Made by a program: the position numbers and the translations under genes
Notes under the pieces: generated by a model
Databases searched by the model: none
Told to the model about the DNA's origin: nothing
Seen by the model: only the letters and a program-made list of their open reading frames with translations
Source: Macrostomum lignano
Taxonomy: Eukaryota
Direction of reading: 5' to 3'
DNA length: 64,000 nucleotides
Assembly (NCBI GenBank): GCA_002269645.1
Contig: NIVC01001545.1
Coordinates: 62,001-126,000 of the forward strand
Part shown: positions 56,333-64,000 of the stretch, piece after piece
Layout of the letters: each line of letters begins with the position of its first letter
Position numbering within the stretch: position 1 is the first letter of the stretch

Positions 56333-58526
56333 AGTACAGAGGGTGGCATGAGAGGCCACGACCCTCTAGGAGAAATGAGTACAAAATGAAGGCCTCTAAT
56401 TGTAAATATAGTGTAGATAGTGAAGGTTGGCGAACAGTCCCAATGCGAAAAAGACACATGGGTGGTGTGCATGTAAATAATGCTTTTGCACCAGCACCAA
56501 TTTCCACTTATTCTGCGTCAGCACCTCATGCGTATGCACCAGCCGCATCATCATGTGTCAATCCTGCTTATGCTACTGAAAACCTAGCACCAGTAGTAAA
56601 AGAAAAATCCGAACCCGATTTTCGCCAGCCAAAGCCTAAGAAAATAGTTAAGCAAAAGGTTTTTCTGAAACCGAAAGTTGAATTAATAAACCAGACAGGC
56701 TATGAAGCAATAGTAGTATGCAGTATTGATAATCAAGAAGTAGACTTTCTAATAGACACAGGCGCTCAAAATAATTTCCGAAGCAGATTAGTTTGGTCAA
56801 AAGTATTTGAGCCGAATCAGATTAGAGAGACAAGTAGGAGAGTTTCCACATTTGATGGAACTACAGTGAAATTAGAAGGAGAAGCGAGTACTTTAGTGCA
56901 GTTCGGAGATTTAGAATTAGAAATAGAATTTCTACTTTGCAGCCACGATTGTGACAACATATTAGGCATGGAATTCTTTAAAGATCGCTGTGAGAGCATC
57001 CAATTAGCCAAAGGCATGTTAATTTTTAAAAGAGGGGACTTGTATTGTAATCCCATGCAGTATACTCATTTGCCAGTAAAAGTCTGCCGAGTATATACTC
57101 AGGAGAGAACAGTAGTTCCGCCTAATAGCGCACTGCGAGTTCCAGTTAGATTAGCCAACAATTCAGAAACTAATTATGGTACGCCAATGACTATTGAGAC
57201 TATTGGAAGTAGTATAAGAACTAAAGGCAAGACATTAGACATGAATCCGACCTTAGTTACTATGCGCGATGGCGTAGCCATAGTAGAAGTAGTGAATCAA
57301 AGCACGGTAGAGGTGAAATTGCCGAAATCAACCTTAGTAGGTTTAGCTAAGCCAATCAGAACTAGAGAGCTCACCTACATGAATGGTGGAGTAGATCAAA
57401 CCGTGCCACCAGATCAGCCAATCACCGGACGTGTCAATCAAACGCAATCTACAAGTGAAACTCGGATTAGCGAAATAGATATTAGCGAAAATTTGACCGC
57501 AGAACAGAGAGATAGAGTGATTCAGCTCGTAAAAGAGCATAGAGAGGCCTTTTCGCAACATGATCTAGACATGGGCTTAACATCGTTAGTCACGCATGAG
57601 ATCTCATTAAGAGACGAGACACCTGTTAGGATTCCAACCAGAAGGATCCCCCCTCATCTGCAGAAACAGGTAGATGCCCAGCTAGATGACATAATAGCTA
57701 AGAACTTAATTAGGCCATGCTATTCTACTTATTCAACACCTTTAGTGATTGTACCAAAGAAAGATGGTACTATTCGAATAGTTAGTGAATTTAGAGTGCT
57801 GAATTCACGAGTGAATTACTTTCCGTATCCGCTGCCAAATATTCAGGAGACATTTTCGAACTTAACAGGCAGTCAATACTTTAGCAGCCTTGACCTGAAT
57901 TCTGGTTATTGGCAAGTTCCGATAAAAGAGGAACACAAGTTTATGACCGAATTCTCAACATTAACAAGAGGTCAGTTTGAGTACCAAGTTATGGCTCAGG
58001 GCTTATCTAATGCCCCAGGTACTTTTCAAAGGCTTATGAATCTAGTATTAGCAGGCATTCAGCATAAATATGCCATGTCATACATAGACGACATAGTGAC
58101 CTATTCTAAGCAGTTTGAAGATCATTTAGAACACCTCAGAGAGGTATTTAAAAGACTAATTAGTGCAGGACTGAAGCTAAGAGCTAAGAAGTGCAATCTA
58201 TTCCGCAGTAGAAAAGCATGTGGCAGAGTGCATCCCATGCTTAGAGAGCGAAAGAGGCCATAAAGTGCAAGCTCCGATTCAGTCATTTCCAATTAGTGAG
58301 CCGTTTCACCGATTACACATAGATGTGATAGGGCCAATTTCTCAGATTAGCAAAAGAGGCCATCAATATGTGTTAACAATAGTAGACAGCAATACTCACT
58401 ATCCATTCGCATTTCCAATGCGCAACCAAAAAGCTGACACAATTATTAAGCTATTGCAAGAAAGAGTATTCAGTGAATATGGCCAATACCACTGGATTCA
58501 CACAGATAATGGCAAAGCATTCACTA
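56323..58526 (+). pseudogene. Gypsy pol remnant (element 2): protease and RT to KKCNLF, joined near 58210 to an integrase fragment that ends at HTDNGKAFT
   Basis: FLIDTGA protease, YFSSLDLNSGYWQVP, YIDD; then C.PC, LHIDVIGP, YPFAFP in a different frame. RNase H is absent. Confidence 0.88.
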
Positions 58527-59081
58527 CACTGTGAATCAAAAAGGTCCAACGGAGGTCCAAATTTATAATTTGGACTTTTGTCATCTAGAGGTCCATTTTT
58601 ATAAAAATGAAAAAAGGCTTTCTATTCCATTAAAAAGCCATGTTTAATTACAATTTGTGTACCAATTGTTATATGATCAAATTCACGTAATGTTATCAGC
58701 AGTAACTGCATTTACAACTGGAATTTGTTTAGGGGACTTGGCTTTCATTTTTGAAAATAATGAAAGGAAATGTTAGTGCTAATAACGTTGTGCAAAAACA
58801 TTTACTGCTATTGATAATATAGTATCTAAGAGTTAGGAGTCTTGGTTAATTAATAATTATGTAATCGTTCTGCGTTAATATTTTGCCACTGTTATAATGC
58901 CTGCGTTCAAAAGCAATACATACAGACTGGACAAACCGTCCATTTTTCCAGCTTTTTTAAACTGATTTGCCCTCCCTGACGGTAGTGAAGTCAAAGCTTA
59001 CGTTCACACTTACTTCAGGCCTCATTAATTAATGTAAAGTCGAATAGATATTAGATATTTTGTCTTAGAAATAGGATTTTC

Positions 59082-61486
59082 ATGGAACAGGATATGGATA
59101 GGCATCTTGCTTCTAAATCTAATCATAAGAATAGTGAAATAAATATAAAATGTACATTTTGTTCATTTTCATGTCATAGTATTTTTAAGGTTATATCTCA
59201 TATTAAGTTTACACATTCATTTGGATGTCACTGTTTTACCTGCCCTATCTTAGATTGTTTTTTATAGTAGTGGTTCAATAGAAGCTTTAAGAGCTCATGC
59301 TTATCATATGCATAGTCAACTTACTAATGTTGATTCGTATGTTATGTCTAATTTAGAAAATGCTCTGAAAACTGAGGATGAAAAAAATGAAACAGTTGAA
59401 GTCTGTCCTGATCATTGTCAACCTAGTCTTAATGGTACCAATGAGCCTAATAATGGCTTAAATGAAGAAAATGAAAGTATTCCAACAATAAATCCAGAAA
59501 AAATAACATGTGATACCCTTCGAGACAATATAAGAAAAAACCTTGCTAAAAACTTTGTATACTATTATTTCAAATGTGAAAATGCATTTTTTATTTCTAA
59601 AGAAAAGTCTAATCAGTTATGTGAATTGGTAAAAGAAATGGTTTCACAATTTGCTCATGATTATCTCTGCCTATTTGAACAGTTTTTAAAGGAGGAATAT
59701 CCATCTTTTAGTAAAAACTTAATTAATAATCAGTTTAATATGCAAGAAATGATTGATATCTCATTAGAATTTTTATTAACTGATTCAAAGGTCTTTGATA
59801 TTCTAAAACATCAATATAACTTAGTTCAGCCAATAGAAATTGTCCACCCAGAGATGGGTTCTAAAATCCAATATATCCCAATAGCTGAAATGCTTGCTTC
59901 AATAATAAAAAATGAACATTTGATGAAATTTATTGTTGAGCCATGTATCAATAATTATAACTTTTTTACATCAACCTATTTTAAAGAATGTATATCATCA
60001 TTGGTAACCAGTGACAGTGGGATTTTTTTGAAACTGTACTCAGACGAAATTGAAGTTTGTAATCCAATTGGATCAGCCAAGACAAAGCATAAGCTATGTG
60101 TTATTTATTATAGTATTCTTAATTTTCCTGAATACTTGAATTCATCATTAGAATTATCTTTCTTGTCAACTAGTTTTTCTGAGTCTACAATAAAGAAAGC
60201 AGGCTTACAATTTTGCTTGTCTCCATTAATTGCTGAGCTTAATGATCTATATTATAAGGAATTTGAAATAAATACTTCTTTAACACTGCCTGTTGTGGCT
60301 TGCTTTATGACTGGGGATAATCTATCTATGCATCAAATGTTAGGTTTACAGAAATGCTTTTCTAGTGGGTATGTATGCAGGTTTTGTTATAAGGAATATA
60401 GACAGCTTTGTAGTATAAATATTCAACATTTAGATACACTCTTTCAATTTAATTATAGGACCCATTTATCAAATATCAATGATTCACAACAATTAAACAA
60501 TGGCTTTGTTAGAAATTCAGCTTTTGAGGGTTTGTCTTATATTGATTTGCAATATTTTTTCCTACCTGATATTATGCATGATGATTTGGAACGATTTTCA
60601 CATCTGGTTGTGTGTCTTGTACTATTAAATGCTATGGAAAAAATCATGTAAGCATGGATTTATAAATGAACAATTTAGCAAAATTTATGATATGTCACTT
60701 CCTAAGCTAAGCAAATATAACATAAAAAACTTTCATTTGCCATGCACTGCTAGTCAAATGATAGTCATCTTACAATATTTTGGTTTACTTTTTGGGGATT
60801 TATTTGATTATGATGATGACATTTGGATATTATTCTGCAACCATAAGCTTTTTCTTAATATTATATTATCACCATATTATGATAAGGATGTTGATATTGA
60901 TTATTTTAAGTTTTTAGTAGCAGCACAACTTGAAACTATATATAAATACACTGACTTTAACCCAAAATACAAATGTAAACTATATTATATCTGCCATTAT
61001 CCAGAATTATACCATTATTTTAGTGGTCTAGGGTATCTTTGGTGCATGCGAAGTGAGGCCCAACATCAGGTAATAAAGAATATAAGTAGACAATGTAAAA
61101 ACTATAATAATGTTGCCTTTACATGTGCAAAAAACTTTCAAATTCAAAAGGCTTTAGTTGTTACACATTTCATGCCCCATGATCTAAAAGAAGCAAAGTG
61201 TAGTAGTATAATTAAAATCAGTTCAATTTTAACAACTCCTGAGAAAATCAAACTAAGTAATACACTCAATGTCAAATTTGATTCATTAGGCCAGATTTGC
61301 TTCTCAACCACAGTTCTAAATTTTAGAGGATTTCATTATAAAACTCCAACACTTAATAAAAGATATTGCTTGGCTATATTTAAAGATAGCTATATTGATT
61401 TAATAATGATTTCTTGCATCATTAAGGTCACAAACAAATGGGTTCTCATTTGCATAAAGATTAAAGCTACATTTTCAACCCATTAA
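59082..61486 (+). pseudogene. EnSpm/CMC-type transposase, broken into three ORFs (59082-59267, 59308-60651, 60629-61486)
   Basis: N-terminal C2H2-like fingers; LYSDEIEVCNPIGSAKTKHKL..YYS, GDNLSMHQMLG..F..GYVCRFC, PDIMHD, HYPELY, WCMRSEAQH. These are motifs typical of animal EnSpm transposases, partly degenerate. Confidence 0.8.
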
Positions 61487-62037
61487 AATTGTTATTTATG
61501 TACTATTTTAAATGATGACACTATATTCTGTATGCCTAGCCAGCATATTGTTCACCAGCAAGTTCCTCTTATGCTTTATCGTGGCCAACTTTATGCTTCA
61601 TTAAAATACCATCCATATGTTGATATGCTGAATGAAAAGTCAGTTTAAAAAAATAATAGCAATAAAAGTAGTCCAATATGTTCCAACTTGTAGCTCAATG
61701 ATATATACTTTTTAGTAAACTTATCAACAAACTTTTTCTGTTATGCACCAGCAGTGGAATAGTTGTTTTGTCTGAACTAATTATGACTTAAATACTTAAT
61801 AATGTCAGTGCCAAGGCTGCGTGTGGCACCTTGAGGCATGGCAAAGAGTTTAGCACTGGTATGTGCTCTCTGGCTCTAGCTAAAAACTGGTCTATAGGCA
61901 TTTGTCCTTTTTATGATGGATGGGCTTGCCCGTCCTGACTAGGCTAAGCTTAGCAAGTGTTGGATGCCAGTTTTGCCATTTCTTGGCCCAAAATGTGCAA
62001 TTATACATATTGCATATATTTTCTGCATGCACAAATC

Positions 62038-64000
62038 ATGCAACCAATAGAAAATAGGCGAAAACAAAACAAAGAAGCTTTGGTAAAACCACACGACATC
62101 ACTACATTCTTACAGCTCAACAACAATTTTGGACGTAATGTGTCTTACCAGATTAACTCTGATGTCCTTAACATAATTTTTCACTTCAGCTTCGAATCTG
62201 CACTGGTGACAAGTCAAGAAAGAAGCTTGTTTGTGCTTTTTCGCTTGACCAGTTGCGATTAAAAGGATGCGAGAAGCTCGGCATTGCTGATGCGGATAAT
62301 GTCCGGATTGTTACCGAAGATGGCTTCGAAATCGATGACGACGATTTAATACCAGAAATTGCAAAGGAAGCTGTAGCAGCACCAAAGCATTCATCATTTA
62401 TTATAATTATTTCTTATTCCATATTCCAATCGCATTAGTTCACCCATAGACACTTCTGTACTATTTGTTCGCCCCAGCGCTAAATAGCCCCCAACGCAAT
62501 GACAAAATATACTAAAAAACCTCCCGCTTTTGCTAGCTATCTTCGAAGTGCCACTTATACTCGTAAGCTTGTAGCGGTAACCTAACACTACAAAGCAAAG
62601 TTTGTTTACTTTTTGCTTCAAGGTGAGCTTTTGGACTGTGTATCAAAGCCATCAAATGAGATGCTTTTCATGCCAAGCACTCCTGCCAGACAGCAAGCCA
62701 GTAGCTCCGAACTTGTAGGATCTACTGGAGTGAGCATGCCAGGTGGAGCAGCTGCTGGTAGCTTACCGTGGCCTGAGGTCTATACCCTGCCTCGGATGGG
62801 CAAATTGAGTGACGCTCTTCGCGAACTTCGGCTCAATCCAGAAAAGGGTGCAGAGTTCAAAGTTAACCCAACATTTGTAAACCGGTTTCTAAAGTTCATT
62901 ATTGAGGACGTCTTTCAACAGTTCAAGTCTGAAGACAATCCATATTTGTCTGGTGTTGAAATTCGCGATATCTGCTGTGCCATAATTGCAACCTATTCTG
63001 GCCTCCGGGACGATTCGCCTGAAGGGTTCCATTTTTGGCAAATTAAGATTTGCCATCGCTTGAAGGACCTACGCAGCAGAAAGCTTACATCATTCACAAG
63101 CCCAATTGTTTTGCAAATGTGTGGCAAGCATGGGAGGAAGCGCAAAGTAACTGCTGCTGCTGCTGCATGTGCTCCCACTAGCGACACTTCAGCTGATGAA
63201 TTGGGTGATGATGGTGTTGATGAACCCATTGACGACTCTGGTGATGATGAGCAACCACCATTTGAGCATCGACCAGTCGAGCCCGACTGTCGAAGTGTAA
63301 TGAATAAAAGTGTAGATTTTGAAAATGATGGCACCGTACCCCCTAGCCATGAACAGCGACGAGAGCAACTGAATTCTGATTTTGGCAGAGTCAGTATTTT
63401 GGAAGTGCTGGATGAAATGCATGTGCTATTTCCTGTTCGAATTTCACGATGCCAGGATAAAACTGTTGCCGAGGAAGTTGAACTTTACCGACTGCTAACT
63501 TTATTGCTTGTCATTCTTCAAGAGACTCATCTGATGATTGAGGAGTACAATAAAAGCAAGACAGACTATATTTGTGCATCAGGTCCAAATGAGATTCGGA
63601 CTAACATTACGGCAGCGCTGATGAAAATATACAACAATAGAAAACACCTAAAAAACTACAAGTTCTGCAAAAAATATGTGGATGCTGTCGACTCTGATGA
63701 TGAAAAATTGTGTGCTGCAGTCTGTCTTCTTCTTGGTCGGCTGAAGATTGATGCCAAGAAGATTTTTTGCGATGGTCTTCCCGTAAGAATTGTCGAGAAC
63801 AGCAAGTGGTCTGGCGTTTCTGTCAATGGTGCTACCCTGGTGTTTGATAATGCAGTGGATACCGTCATTGTCTTCATCATCATGTATGTTGCTTTCAACC
63901 TACAGCATGTCCCCTTCCTGGAACCATTCCTCGAGACGATTGAGGTTCTGGCCAAGCTGCGCAGCCGGTCTGCTGTTTCACGTAGCTCCACCAAGACTGT
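62038..64000 (+). CDS. Transposon ORF2 (multi-exon): CIDE-N-like N-terminus, acidic linker, helical C-terminal region; 3' end outside the window
   Basis: Candidate exons 62038-62082, 62190-~62372 (LRICTGDKSRKKLVCAFSLDQLRLKGCEKLG..VRIVTEDGFEIDDDD) and a stop-free frame 62623-64000 that the ORF track omits because it has no stop. The junction region 62373-62622 is unresolved and contains stops. Confidence 0.65.

Larger units (their letters stand above)
54352..58526 (+). mobile_element. Second Ty3/Gypsy element (related clade, different family): putative 5' LTR ~54352-55327, PBS 55331-55341, gag, deleted pol; truncated by a DNA transposon
   Basis: TGT...ACA segment followed by TGGTGGCAGCG (tRNA-Leu 3' complement). 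Its gag aligns to element-1 gag. LTR boundaries are inferred from a single copy. Confidence 0.8.
58527..64000 (+). mobile_element. EnSpm/CMC (CACTG-type) DNA transposon, right end beyond the window
   Basis: Begins CACTG exactly where the Gypsy integrase stops, with subterminal aggtcca repeats. Carries a transposase and a second gene. Confidence 0.8.

Overview
Eukaryotic (metazoan) genomic DNA with GC-rich exons and GT-AG introns that are almost all filled with gene-specific minisatellites. The style fits a flatworm such as Macrostomum, but that is inference and not determinable from this window alone. On the plus strand, in order: an SCP2 sterol-carrier gene (one apparent 1-nt frameshift), THOC5, POLD1 (9 exons), a single-EGF transmembrane protein exon, PES1 and a small unknown secreted two-cysteine protein. 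On the minus strand: GADD45GIP1/CRIF1 (mL64) and a PARP2-like enzyme carrying two N-terminal WWE domains. A very young 10.7-kb Ty3/Gypsy element (1124-bp LTRs, TTTG TSD) lies antisense in POLD1 intron 4. Each of its LTRs holds two tandem 64-bp units containing perfect 20-nt tRNA-Leu primer-binding sites, while the PBS at the actual LTR boundary is degenerate. At the right end a second, internally deleted Gypsy element is interrupted by a CACTG-terminated EnSpm/CMC-type DNA transposon with a broken transposase and a second gene with a CIDE-N-like N-terminus that runs off the window. All alignments and counts were made by eye; no database searches were run.
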